The notes beneath the pieces were generated by a model. That model saw nothing but the letters and a program-made list of their open reading frames with translations, had not been told where the DNA came from and ran no database searches. Of a stretch of DNA of 64,000 bases, positions 1 through 8,690 are shown one piece after another. Where the stretch lies: positions 128,001 through 192,000 of the forward strand of contig CAWHEU010000025.1 in assembly GCA_963828465.1 (NCBI GenBank), written 5' to 3'. Origin of the DNA: an uncultured Acidobacteriota bacterium (GTDB lineage: Bacteria; Actinomycetota; Acidimicrobiia; Spongiisociales; ZC4RG35). Positions within the stretch are counted from its first letter, which is position 1; each line of letters starts with the position of its first letter. Both the position numbers and the translations under genes were made by a program.

Positions 1-783
1 GTCGGCGACGGTCCCGGGGAGTGGCGCCCGACCAGCGGGGTCAACGACCCATTCGCATGGGTCGCCAACGTTGAGCCATTCCTCATGAAGAGAACCTCAC
101 AGTTCCGGACCGACGGCCCCCTCGACCTCGACAGCCGCGCCTATGCCCGGGAGTACCAGGAGGTCAAGGATTACGGCAATAACGGCACCAGTACCAATAC
201 GCCGAACCTGCGCAGTCCCGAACAGACCGCCACGGCCATGTTCTTCACCGCCAACCCGGTCGAGATGTACAACCGGGCGTTCCGGACATTCGGCGTGGAT
301 CGCAACATGAAGCTGGTCGACCAGGCCCGGCTCTTCGCCCAGTTGAACCTGGCCGGTGCCGACGGGGTGATCGGTTGTTGGGACGACAAGGCTCACTGGA
401 GCTTCTGGCGGCCGATCACCGCGATTCATGAGGGAGACAACGACACCAACCGCAGGACTGTCGGAGACCCGACGTGGAACTCGCTGGTTCCGGCGCCCCC
501 CTATCCGGACCATCCGTCGGGATACAACTGTGTCACCGGTGCATTCATGCACACCGCGCAGGACTTCTTCGGGAAGAAGAAGGTGGAGTTCGACCTGGTC
601 AAGATCACAGCCGGCCAACCGGATCAGACGCGCAACTACGAGCGCTTCACCGACGTGATCAAGGACACGATCAACGCCCGGATCTGGCTGGGCATCCACT
701 TCCGGACCCCGGACGTGCAGGGAGCCGAGCTTGGCGAAGACGTCGCCAACTGGCTCGACAGGCGTTTCTTCGACAAGAGATGA
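1..783 (+). CDS. Vanadium haloperoxidase/PAP2-superfamily protein, 5' truncated by window edge
   Basis: Frame open from base 1; motifs KAHWSFWRP (KX6RP), PDHPSGY, ARIWLGIHF. Confidence 0.85.
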   Translation, partial: VGDGPGEWRPTSGVNDPFAWVANVEPFLMKRTSQFRTDGPLDLDSRAYAREYQEVKDYGNNGTSTNTPNLRSPEQTATAMFFTANPVEMYNRAFRTFGVDRNMKLVDQARLFAQLNLAGADGVIGCWDDKAHWSFWRPITAIHEGDNDTNRRTVGDPTWNSLVPAPPYPDHPSGYNCVTGAFMHTAQDFFGKKKVEFDLVKITAGQPDQTRNYERFTDVIKDTINARIWLGIHFRTPDVQGAELGEDVANWLDRRFFDKR

Positions 784-789
784 CATGAC

Positions 790-826
790 ACCGGGCGGGC
801 CTCCCTTCGGGGCCCGCCCGGTTCCT
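790..826 (+). terminator. Intrinsic terminator-like hairpin
   Basis: Perfect 12-bp stem ACCGGGCGGGCC (790-801)/GGCCCGCCCGGT (811-822) just after stop; weak U tail. Confidence 0.7.
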
Positions 827-863
827 TGCCTGTAACTTCGTATCAGAACGTAGGCAAGGAGCC

Positions 864-1583
864 ATGGCGACGTATGCGCTCATCCCCGGCGGCGGGGGCG
901 ACCCATGGGAATGGCACCGGCTGGTGCCCGAACTCGAGGCTCGGGGTCACGAGGCGATCGCGGTCCGCCTCCCGGCTGAGGACGAGACCGCCGGTTGGTC
1001 CGAGTATGCAGACGTGGTCGTCAAAGCCCTGGATCACCGCAGCGAAGTCACTGTCGTCGCAGCATCGATGGGGGGGTTCACCGCCCCGATCGTCTGCTCC
1101 CGGCGCAGGGTCGAGGTGCTCGTCCTGCTGAATGCCATGATCCCGACGCCAGAAGAGACCTTCAATGCGTGGTGGTCGAATACGGGCTCCGAAACGGCGC
1201 GCCATGAGTATCACGCCACAATCGGGCTGGCGCCCGGGGATGCCGACGACGACGGCGCGATCTACTACCACGACTTGTCGGCCGAGATCAGAACTGAAGC
1301 CATGGCACGGACGTGGCAGGACCAGTCGTCGACCCCGCTCGATGAGCCCTGGCCGTTGGGGGCATGGCCAGATGTTCCAACCCGCTTGCTGGCGGGCCGC
1401 TATGACCGGATGTTCCCGCTCGAGTTCCAAAGACGGATTGCTCGCCAGCGGCTTGGTATGGAGGTTGACGAGATCGAAGGGGGTCACATGGTCGCAATGA
1501 GCAACCCGGCCGAGCTGGCCGACCGATTAGAGGTGTATCGGATCGGAGCCCAGAACGGATGGCCCGGGGCAACAACGGCATAG
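864..1583 (+). CDS. Alpha/beta fold hydrolase
   Basis: PGGGGDPWEW start, AASMGG nucleophile elbow, GGHM catalytic His; SD AAGGAG. Confidence 0.85.
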   Translation: MATYALIPGGGGDPWEWHRLVPELEARGHEAIAVRLPAEDETAGWSEYADVVVKALDHRSEVTVVAASMGGFTAPIVCSRRRVEVLVLLNAMIPTPEETFNAWWSNTGSETARHEYHATIGLAPGDADDDGAIYYHDLSAEIRTEAMARTWQDQSSTPLDEPWPLGAWPDVPTRLLAGRYDRMFPLEFQRRIARQRLGMEVDEIEGGHMVAMSNPAELADRLEVYRIGAQNGWPGATTA

Positions 1584-1613
1584 AGTGCCAGTCGAGCCGT
1601 TTCCGAGGTGGAC

Positions 1614-2612
1614 ATGACAGATTCAATCCGTGTGGCGATCGTGCAACGGCCGCCAGTCACACTTGACCGCACCGCCACAATGAAGCGCGTCCTCGAGGGC
1701 ATCGACGAGGCGGCCGGGGATGGGGCACGGCTGGTGGTGTTCCCGGAGACCTATGTGCCGGGCTACCCCGAGTACATCTGGCGGTTACGTCCCGGGGACT
1801 CGCACGACTACCACCTCTCCCGCCAGATCCACGCTCGTCTGCTGGAGAATGCGGTAGATCTCGACGCTGACGATCTCGCTCCGGTCAGGGAGGCAGCCGA
1901 GCGGCACGGCATCGTCGTGATGCTGGGAGTCCACGAACTCGACGGCCGCTTCAGCCGAGCGACCTTGTACAACACCCTGGTCACTATTGGCCCCGACGGG
2001 AGCATGCTCAACCGGCACCGCAAGCTGGTCCCCACCAACCCCGAGCGGATGGTCTGGGCCCAGGGTGACGGCACCGGGCTGCAGGTGACCAGCACTCCGT
2101 TGGGTCGGATCGGGGGCCTCATCTGCTGGGAGAACTACATGCCGCTGGCCCGGTTTGCGCTATATGCGCAGGGGATCGACATCTACGTCGCCCCCACCTG
2201 GGATGAGGGTGACACCTGGCTGGCGTCGCTGCGCCACATTGCCAAGGAGGGTCGCTGCTGGGTGCTCGGGGCAGGATGTGCCGTCCAGGCCGCTGAGATA
2301 CCCGACGATTTCCCCGATCGCGACCGTCTCTATCCCGACCCAGACGAGTGGCTCAATTCAGGCGACTCGGTGGTGATCGATCCGACGGGTCGGGTGGTGG
2401 CCGGCCCGCTTCACGGCGAGTACGGCATCCTCATGGCCGACATCGACGTTGCCGAGGCCAAAGCCGCCCACTACACCCTCGATCCCGCCGGCCATTACAA
2501 CCGGCCCGACGTGTTCCAACTGACCGTCGACAGAACCGCCCGACCCCAAGTCGAGTTCGACGATCCCGAACCTACAGCCGTGAACTTCAGAGGCCCCCAA
2601 TCGCCCGAGTAG
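1614..2612 (+). CDS. Nitrilase (carbon-nitrogen hydrolase family)
   Basis: E-K-C triad motifs FPETYVPGYP, RHRKLVPT, GLICWENYMPLAR. Confidence 0.93.
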   Translation: MTDSIRVAIVQRPPVTLDRTATMKRVLEGIDEAAGDGARLVVFPETYVPGYPEYIWRLRPGDSHDYHLSRQIHARLLENAVDLDADDLAPVREAAERHGIVVMLGVHELDGRFSRATLYNTLVTIGPDGSMLNRHRKLVPTNPERMVWAQGDGTGLQVTSTPLGRIGGLICWENYMPLARFALYAQGIDIYVAPTWDEGDTWLASLRHIAKEGRCWVLGAGCAVQAAEIPDDFPDRDRLYPDPDEWLNSGDSVVIDPTGRVVAGPLHGEYGILMADIDVAEAKAAHYTLDPAGHYNRPDVFQLTVDRTARPQVEFDDPEPTAVNFRGPQSPE

Positions 2613-2709
2613 GCAAACGTTCCTTCCCAACCCGAGCGATCGGATGGGTTCGGAGTTCAGCAAGTTTGTTGATTGGCGAATCCGGACGGTGACGGCTCCG
2701 TGTGGCCAC

Positions 2710-3555
2710 TCAGATACGCTCGACCGACTTCGCCCGCCATGACGGAGCGTCCAATGTGGGCGCCCAGTAGTCGCTGATTCTCGAGATCAGGTCTCCGTCG
2801 AAATGGAGCAAGTGGAGCACCGTGCCATCCGCCGGATCCGCCGTCCGAAGCTCCACGAAAGCCGACCCTCCGAGCACCCATCGTTGATGGACCGGGGCCT
2901 GCCGGACAAGGGAAGACATGTACAGCTCCGTGATGTCGGAGGGACCCTCGACAAAGTCGGAGGTTTGAGGAAACTGGACTGTTGCGTTCTCAGACAGGAC
3001 CTCTGAAGGTGACGACCCGCTCATCAACGAGGGGTAGAAGACATCGAGGGTTCTCTCGTGTCGCTTCTGAGCACCAGGGGAGCCAGACGTCTCCTGGATG
3101 CCAGACGCAACGTCCGGCATCGGCCTCGACCACCGATCACGCCACGCCATCTCGATATCCATCGGGCAGTACCAGATCGTCTCCTTCGACATCCGATCCC
3201 CCATCGTCTCGCAGACCGCCACGCCCAACCACGTCGAATCGGGATAAGTCAGAGTGATTTCGGCGAACCAAGTGTCACCTCCGCCCGAGATTCTCACCCA
3301 GCGACCCATGGATCCGGGCTGGACCGAATTCAGGTACAACCACTCTTTGCCATGCCCCTCGACACTCCGCAGGCGGTGCCCGGGATAGCCTGGATAGTTG
3401 AGGCTGATCTCGGCGTCCGATAGGTGATTCGGGATTCGCTCTCCGGTCTGGGGCCAGTCGGCGTACCAATCTTCATGCCGCAACTCTCCCAGGCGATCCG
3501 GGTCGTAGGGATCCAGTGCTCGGATGTAGCTCTCGATCAGTTGACGGTCGTCCAG
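2710..3555 (-). CDS. Tandem SnoaL/NTF2-like domain protein; probable CTG start
   Basis: Two related halves (DWPQTGERI / QFPQTSDFV; ...WRDRW / ...PSWRAKSV); frame extends upstream of the TTG at 3483 to a CTG at 3555 with GGGAGG 7 nt upstream. Confidence 0.7.
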   Translation of the reverse strand: MDDRQLIESYIRALDPYDPDRLGELRHEDWYADWPQTGERIPNHLSDAEISLNYPGYPGHRLRSVEGHGKEWLYLNSVQPGSMGRWVRISGGGDTWFAEITLTYPDSTWLGVAVCETMGDRMSKETIWYCPMDIEMAWRDRWSRPMPDVASGIQETSGSPGAQKRHERTLDVFYPSLMSGSSPSEVLSENATVQFPQTSDFVEGPSDITELYMSSLVRQAPVHQRWVLGGSAFVELRTADPADGTVLHLLHFDGDLISRISDYWAPTLDAPSWRAKSVERI

Positions 3556-3581
3556 AAACTCGCCTCCCAGCGAGAAGTTAG

Positions 3582-3740
3582 CTCGGGGGCCTCGGATACG
3601 CGCTCTGGACCGGCGCCGTGGTGGTCGCGTTCACCCAGCTCCTTCCTGAAACCAAACGCCGGCAAATCAAGCGGGCGATCGACCATTACGAGGCAGGACG
3701 GCTCGAGGAGGCAGCAGACAAGAGCGACCGATCCGTTTGA
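3582..3740 (+). pseudogene. Gene remnant (TM helix plus charged tail), no clear start
   Basis: Reads LGGLGYALWTGAVVVAFTQLLPETKRRQIKRAIDHYEAGRLEEAADKSDRSV* directly after an in-frame TAG. Confidence 0.35.
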
Positions 3741-3776
3741 CGGCATGGATGCAGCGGTCCTAGGGTCCCCCGTCCG

Positions 3777-3968
3777 ATGGAGAGATCAGGGGCCGATCTG
3801 ATTCCGCTTGACCCGTTCGCCACGCTTCCCCCACTTGAACAACGTCGGCTTGCGCAGGTGCTCAGTGAGGCAATCGTGCGAACACCACCGGATCACGAAT
3901 CGTACGAGCTGTCGCTCACCATTCTCGACCAACTGATCAGAAGCCACCGAGCCGGTCCGGGTCACTAA
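3777..3968 (+). CDS. Small hypothetical protein (63 aa)
   Basis: ATG ORF with amphipathic helical composition; TAGGGT -10-like box upstream. Confidence 0.4.
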   Translation: MERSGADLIPLDPFATLPPLEQRRLAQVLSEAIVRTPPDHESYELSLTILDQLIRSHRAGPGH

Positions 3969-4080
3969 AAGACTTCCTGCCTCAGCAAAGGGAGGCGAGA
4001 ACCCAAGCGCCTCCGGCACCCCCCAGTCGGAGGCGCTCTCGCGCACCCCTCCCATTGCGGAAGACACCGCTGGGTGCGCC

Positions 4081-4281
4081 CTAGATCGGCTCGATCTCGA
4101 AATCGGATCCGATCAGATAGTCAGGTATTCCTAGATAGAACTGATCCGGCCCGGCGAAGTAATAGACCTCGTCATTGTCGTGCCGCTCACTTCTCTCGTA
4201 TCGCACCTCGATGCGCTCCGGCTCGGAGTATCCAGGCCGATGGATGATGAGCTGATAGTGGCTACTTGTTTGGAGATCCAT
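4081..4281 (-). CDS. Small hypothetical protein (66 aa)
   Basis: ATG at 4281; globular aromatic/acidic sequence MDLQTSSHYQLIIHRPGYSEPERIEVRYE. Confidence 0.5.
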   Translation of the reverse strand: MDLQTSSHYQLIIHRPGYSEPERIEVRYERSERHDNDEVYYFAGPDQFYLGIPDYLIGSDFEIEPI

Positions 4282-4614
4282 GTTTGCCCGCTGAGACAAG
4301 TCTCCGTCATGGATCTGTCATCCCGATATCTCTCGGGCCTACTTCTAATGAACTGTCGATGAATAGTTCCGCACATCCACCGGGGCTTGGGACGGTGTAG
4401 CTGAGCGGGTTATAGCTTTTCTCGATGGCCCAGGCGTCCGAGCCCTGACCTACTCATGGGTGACAGGATCGTGAACATAGGAATGAGGCGCTCGCCCAGT
4501 CCCGGGAGCGTGTAGAAACCCATCCTCTGCGAGATCCTCAGCAACCCAGGATCGTTCACGATGGGGATCAGCAGGATCTTGATTCCTTCGACCTTGCCGA
4601 CAGGAGAGAAAAGG

Positions 4615-5385
4615 ATGGCATCAAGCACGACTTGGCCCGACAGCGCTCCGGCGAGAGGCGCGCCGATGGATTCGATGAGGAAGGCTGCCGTATGGGCCGG
4701 GGCGCTCTACCTCCTCACTTTTGTTTCGATCCCAACGCTCGCTCTGTACGGTCCGGTCAAGGAGTCGGGCTACATATCCGGTCCTGGTCCAGACACTGGA
4801 GCCCTCTTCGGTGGGATCCTGGAGCTGATCGTGGGCCTCGCCTGCATCGGCACCGCTGTTGCGCTGTACCCAGTGGTCAAGCGTCAGAACGAAGGGATCG
4901 CAATGGGCTTCGTCGGCGCACGAGTCCTGGAAGCTGCGACGATTTTCATCGGGGTGGCCAGCCTGTGGACGATCGTCACCTTGCGGCAGGACGGAGCTGG
5001 AGCAGATGCAGTGCTGACGGGGGATGCCCTTGTGGCGTTCTACGAACGAGCGTTCCTCGTCGGACAGAGCTTCATTCCAGCCGTGAACGCTCTACTGCTT
5101 GGCACCCTGCTGTACCAGTCGCGTCTGGTACCGAGGGTTCTTCCCGTGCTCGGTTTCATCGGAGGTGCCGCCCTGATTTCGTACCACACCGCCACGCTCT
5201 TCGGTTTCACCGGGGAGACGGCAACTGTCCTGGCGGGGATCGCCGTACTCCCAATCGCGACATGGGAGTTCGGGCTGGGCGTCTACCTCATAGTGAAGGG
5301 CTTCCGGCCATCGGCGGTGGCGGAACTCGACACACTACCGGCGGTGCCTGGCACACCCTGGCCCGGTCGATTTGCATCTGATTGA
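4615..5385 (+). CDS. DUF4386 family membrane protein
   Basis: AGALYLLTFVSIP, GTAVALYPVVKRQ, LLYQSRLVPR, WEFGLGVYLIVKGFRP; AGGAG upstream of ATG 4615. Confidence 0.85.
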   Translation: MASSTTWPDSAPARGAPMDSMRKAAVWAGALYLLTFVSIPTLALYGPVKESGYISGPGPDTGALFGGILELIVGLACIGTAVALYPVVKRQNEGIAMGFVGARVLEAATIFIGVASLWTIVTLRQDGAGADAVLTGDALVAFYERAFLVGQSFIPAVNALLLGTLLYQSRLVPRVLPVLGFIGGAALISYHTATLFGFTGETATVLAGIAVLPIATWEFGLGVYLIVKGFRPSAVAELDTLPAVPGTPWPGRFASD

Positions 5386-5428
5386 GTCCTGACCCCCGAG
5401 ACCGCACCGGCGCTCGTTCCGTTGTCGC

Positions 5429-5449
5429 CGCGTTAATAACGCGTTAGGA
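5429..5449 (+). promoter_or_regulatory. 11-bp-period direct repeat, OmpR/KdpE-type site
   Basis: CGCGTTA at 5429 and 5440; related copy upstream of the DUF4118 gene. Confidence 0.55.
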
Positions 5450-5559
5450 AGCCTCTCCTATGGGCTCGGTTGGCGCTAGCAAGGGAGGTGGCGCGCCGAT
5501 CGGTGAGTGGCACCTGTTGTCACGCGGCCAAGTTGGATCCGGAAATGACGGGGTAAGAG

Positions 5560-7857
5560 GTGAGGGCTCAGACGGAAGTGAATCTCAAACAGAGGCTCTT
5601 CGGAAGGCCGTTCGCCTCTAACGAAGCGGACGCCCAACTTCTTCCCAAGCGGCTAGCTCTTCCGGTCTTCGCCTCCGACCCCCTGTCTTCGGTGGCGTAC
5701 GCGACCGAGGAAGCGATGTTGGTGTTGGCCCTCGCCGGCGCAGCAGCGTTCGCCCTGTTGACGCCGATCTCCCTGGCTATCGCCGCCCTGCTCGTCATCG
5801 TCATTGTCTCCTACCGGCAGACGATCAAGGCGTATCCGGACGGAGGCGGAGCGTTCATCGTCGCCAACGACAACATCGGAATCCGTGCCGGCGGGGTGGC
5901 CGCATCTGCCCTGTTGATCGACTACGTGTTGACGGTCTCGGTCTCGGTGGCCGCGGGTGTCGCCGCCATCACGTCGGCGGCGCCGGCTCTCATCCCGTGG
6001 CGGGTGTGGATCGCACTCGGGTTCGTGGTTCTCTTGACCGTCGCCAACCTGCGGGGCGTCAAGGAGGCTTCCACCGTGTTTGCCCTCCCCACCTATCTGT
6101 TCGTGGCCACCGTGGGAACGATGCTCGTGGTCGGCTTCGCCAAGTGTTTCGACGGTGTGTGCCCGACCGCGATCTCGTCGGGGGCCGACCTCGAGGCAGA
6201 GGCAGGCGTACTTGGACTCTTCCTGATTCTCAGGGCATTCGCCTCTGGATCGACGGCTCTGACCGGTGTCGAGGCCGTCGCCAACGGCGTGCAGGCTTTT
6301 CGAGAGCCCAAGTCGCAGAACGCCGCAGCCACCCTCGGGGTCATGGGCGTCATCTCGATCACGATGTTTCTTGGCATCTCGACGCTTGCCCTCTGGTTCG
6401 ATGTGCGAATCTCAGAGGACACCATCGACCAATACGGGACGGTGATCTCACAGATCGGACGAGCTGCCTTCGGAGGCGGCGTCGGTTTCTACATCCTGCA
6501 GGTGTTCACTGCCGCGATCCTGATCCTGGCCGCCAACACCGCTTACCAGGACTTTCCCCGGTTGTCGGCAATCCTGGCGAGGCACAAGCTGGTGCCTCGC
6601 CAGTTTCTGAACCGAGGCGATCGTCTGGTCTTCTCCAACGGGATCATCGCACTCGCCGTGGTCGCCGCCGCGCTTCTGATCGTGTTCGAGGCGGAGGTCA
6701 GTCGTCTGATTCAGCTCTATGTCGTCGGAGTATTCACGGCGTTCACCCTCAGTCAGACCGGGATGGTGCGCCACTGGTTGAGGACGAGAGAGCATGGGTG
6801 GAGACGGTCGGTGGCGATCAACACGGTCGGTGCCCTGACCACCGGAGTGGTGCTGATCGTCGTGGCCACGGTCAAGTTCACTCATGGGGCGTGGATCGTG
6901 ATCCTGATGATGCCGATCCTCGTCGGTCTGATGCTGAGCACACGGCGCCATTATCTGGGCGTTGCGGCCCAACTCAAACTGGTGCCAATTGAGGCTGAGC
7001 CTCGCCCGACGAGGATCATCGTCCTCGTAGCACATCACGACGAAGGAACCGACCGGGCTCTGCGTTATGCAGAGTTGGTCAACGCCGATGCCGTCACCTG
7101 TGTACATGCCGAGGAGCCTGAATCCGACGACCTCGTCTACACGTGGGATGCGGCCCACCCTGGCCATGCATTGGAGATCATCCCCGGTGAACGTGACTCG
7201 ATCTCGAGACGGGCCGTGCGGCGGGTTCGTCAGGAGCGAGACGCTCACCCCGAGGCGATCATCACAGTCATCCTCGCTGACCGCGTGCGCACTCGGTCGA
7301 TGCTCGCCCCATTCGCCCACCGCCACAGTCTCGCCATCAAGTCCCGGTTGCTCTTCGAGCCGGGCATGGTGGTGACCGACCTCAATGTCCCGGTTCGCTC
7401 ACGACGCAGCAAGTTGCCCCGCGTTCCAACCCGCAAGATCGAACAAGTGGTGCTCGTCTCCGACATGACCCGTCCCATCAGGGAGGCACTCACATATGCC
7501 CAAAGTCTTGGGCCTCAGGTGACAGCGATTCACATCGACGTCGACGAGGCACAAAGAGATCGGCTGGAGCGACAGTGGGTAGAAGCGGGCTACGAGCTTC
7601 CGCTCGTCGTCATTTCCAGTCCGTACCGAAGCATCGTGAGCCCACTCGTCAGATATCTACGCGATCGTCGACGGGCCGCCAGTCCGGGCACCCTGATCTC
7701 GGCGGTGATCCCTGAGTTCATCGTCCCAGGGCGGGTCACACAACTTCTGCACAATCAGACCGGTCTTGCCATCAAGGGCATCCTGGCCGCGGAAGCGGGT
7801 ATCGCAGTCACCAGTGTCCCCTTCCATCTCCGCACCAACGGCGGTTCGGACGACTGA
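5560..7857 (+). CDS. kimA: APC-family KimA/YdaO-like K+ transporter with duplicated C-terminal cytoplasmic domain
   Basis: FASDPLSSVAYATEE, SYRQTIKAYPDGGG, NLRGVKE, ALTGVEAVANG, ANTAYQDFPRL, SPYR, LLHNQT. Confidence 0.88.
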   Translation: MRAQTEVNLKQRLFGRPFASNEADAQLLPKRLALPVFASDPLSSVAYATEEAMLVLALAGAAAFALLTPISLAIAALLVIVIVSYRQTIKAYPDGGGAFIVANDNIGIRAGGVAASALLIDYVLTVSVSVAAGVAAITSAAPALIPWRVWIALGFVVLLTVANLRGVKEASTVFALPTYLFVATVGTMLVVGFAKCFDGVCPTAISSGADLEAEAGVLGLFLILRAFASGSTALTGVEAVANGVQAFREPKSQNAAATLGVMGVISITMFLGISTLALWFDVRISEDTIDQYGTVISQIGRAAFGGGVGFYILQVFTAAILILAANTAYQDFPRLSAILARHKLVPRQFLNRGDRLVFSNGIIALAVVAAALLIVFEAEVSRLIQLYVVGVFTAFTLSQTGMVRHWLRTREHGWRRSVAINTVGALTTGVVLIVVATVKFTHGAWIVILMMPILVGLMLSTRRHYLGVAAQLKLVPIEAEPRPTRIIVLVAHHDEGTDRALRYAELVNADAVTCVHAEEPESDDLVYTWDAAHPGHALEIIPGERDSISRRAVRRVRQERDAHPEAIITVILADRVRTRSMLAPFAHRHSLAIKSRLLFEPGMVVTDLNVPVRSRRSKLPRVPTRKIEQVVLVSDMTRPIREALTYAQSLGPQVTAIHIDVDEAQRDRLERQWVEAGYELPLVVISSPYRSIVSPLVRYLRDRRRAASPGTLISAVIPEFIVPGRVTQLLHNQTGLAIKGILAAEAGIAVTSVPFHLRTNGGSDD

Positions 7858-7890
7858 ACCGTTATCCGCAGTACGACTCAGCACAGTCGA

Positions 7891-8259
7891 TCACATGTCG
7901 CGATCACGACCACGTTCGAGCTCCCGTCGGACACGCAGGCCGCCTAGCTCGCTCGTGGCGATGCCGGCAACAAGGAGGAGCACGGCTGTGACGATGTCGT
8001 AGCGGTCGGTGATCACGAGTTGTAGATAGGGCTCTGTGAAGAAGAAGTCGAATGACAGGGCAGCGACGATTGCGGCGAGGATCCCGCCCTGTCTACCACC
8101 GACGATGGCGACGACCTGGACACCGAGAAGCAGGATGATCGCGACGTTGGCAGCACCCAGGAAATCACGCAGCGGCACCAAGAACATCGAAAAGATGAGA
8201 AGCCCCAGCGAACCCAGCCAGGCCGCCAGTTTCGTCTGATCCGTGGCTCTGCTCGTCAT
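7891..8259 (-). CDS. Stand-alone DUF4118 (KdpD TM domain-like) membrane protein, leaderless
   Basis: ANVAIILLL, AALSFDFFFTEPY; TAGCGT box 7 nt before ATG 8259. Confidence 0.8.
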   Translation of the reverse strand: MTSRATDQTKLAAWLGSLGLLIFSMFLVPLRDFLGAANVAIILLLGVQVVAIVGGRQGGILAAIVAALSFDFFFTEPYLQLVITDRYDIVTAVLLLVAGIATSELGGLRVRRELERGRDRDM

Positions 8260-8298
8260 CGGGGAGACGCTATGGGCGACTGAGTTGGTGGCTGCAGA

Positions 8299-8317
8299 TC
8301 CTGACGGAGACTTAGCG
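8299..8317 (-). promoter_or_regulatory. Second KdpE-type direct repeat
   Basis: Minus strand CGCTAAgtctcCGTCAGGA versus CGTTAAtaacgCGTTAGGA at 5431. Confidence 0.45.
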
Positions 8318-8398
8318 ACGGGGCCGAGCATCTTGACGTTTAGGGCCGCTTGAACCCGCCGCTCAGCCCGGAGGAATGTTCTTGTTGTGATGGAAGAC

Positions 8399-8655
8399 AT
8401 GCTGATCGAACACGGAGACACCGAGATCTGCAAGACGTACCCGGGCCTCGACGAGGACCTCTTCATCACGGCCGAGGCTAAGCCTTCGTCAAATGGCACG
8501 CCGGCCAGCTCACCTGGGCGGAAGCCACTCGCAACCACCGCATCCATCTCCACGGTCCATCGTCGCTGGTACGCGCCTTCCCCACCTGGAACGCCCGTAG
8601 CCTCTTCGCTCACGTCAAGCCGGTCTCACGGCCTGCGGCGCGTTCGGCAACCTGA
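8399..8655 (+). pseudogene. C-terminal remnant of HxlR-family regulator (SCP2-like tail)
   Basis: LIEHGDTEICKTYPGLDEDLFITAEA / frameshift near 8480 / AFVKWHAGQLTWAEATR...GPSSLVRAFPTWNARSLFAH; no HTH portion upstream. Confidence 0.6.
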
Positions 8656-8690
8656 CTGATCCGCGCACCGAGCCCATCTGTCTTCCCGGT

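Noticed and set aside
5386-5559. c-di-AMP (ydaO) riboswitch upstream of kimA
   Set aside because: I could not find the conserved GCTGAA/GGAAC/GTAGG-type elements; an Infernal search with the ydaO-yuaA model would settle it.
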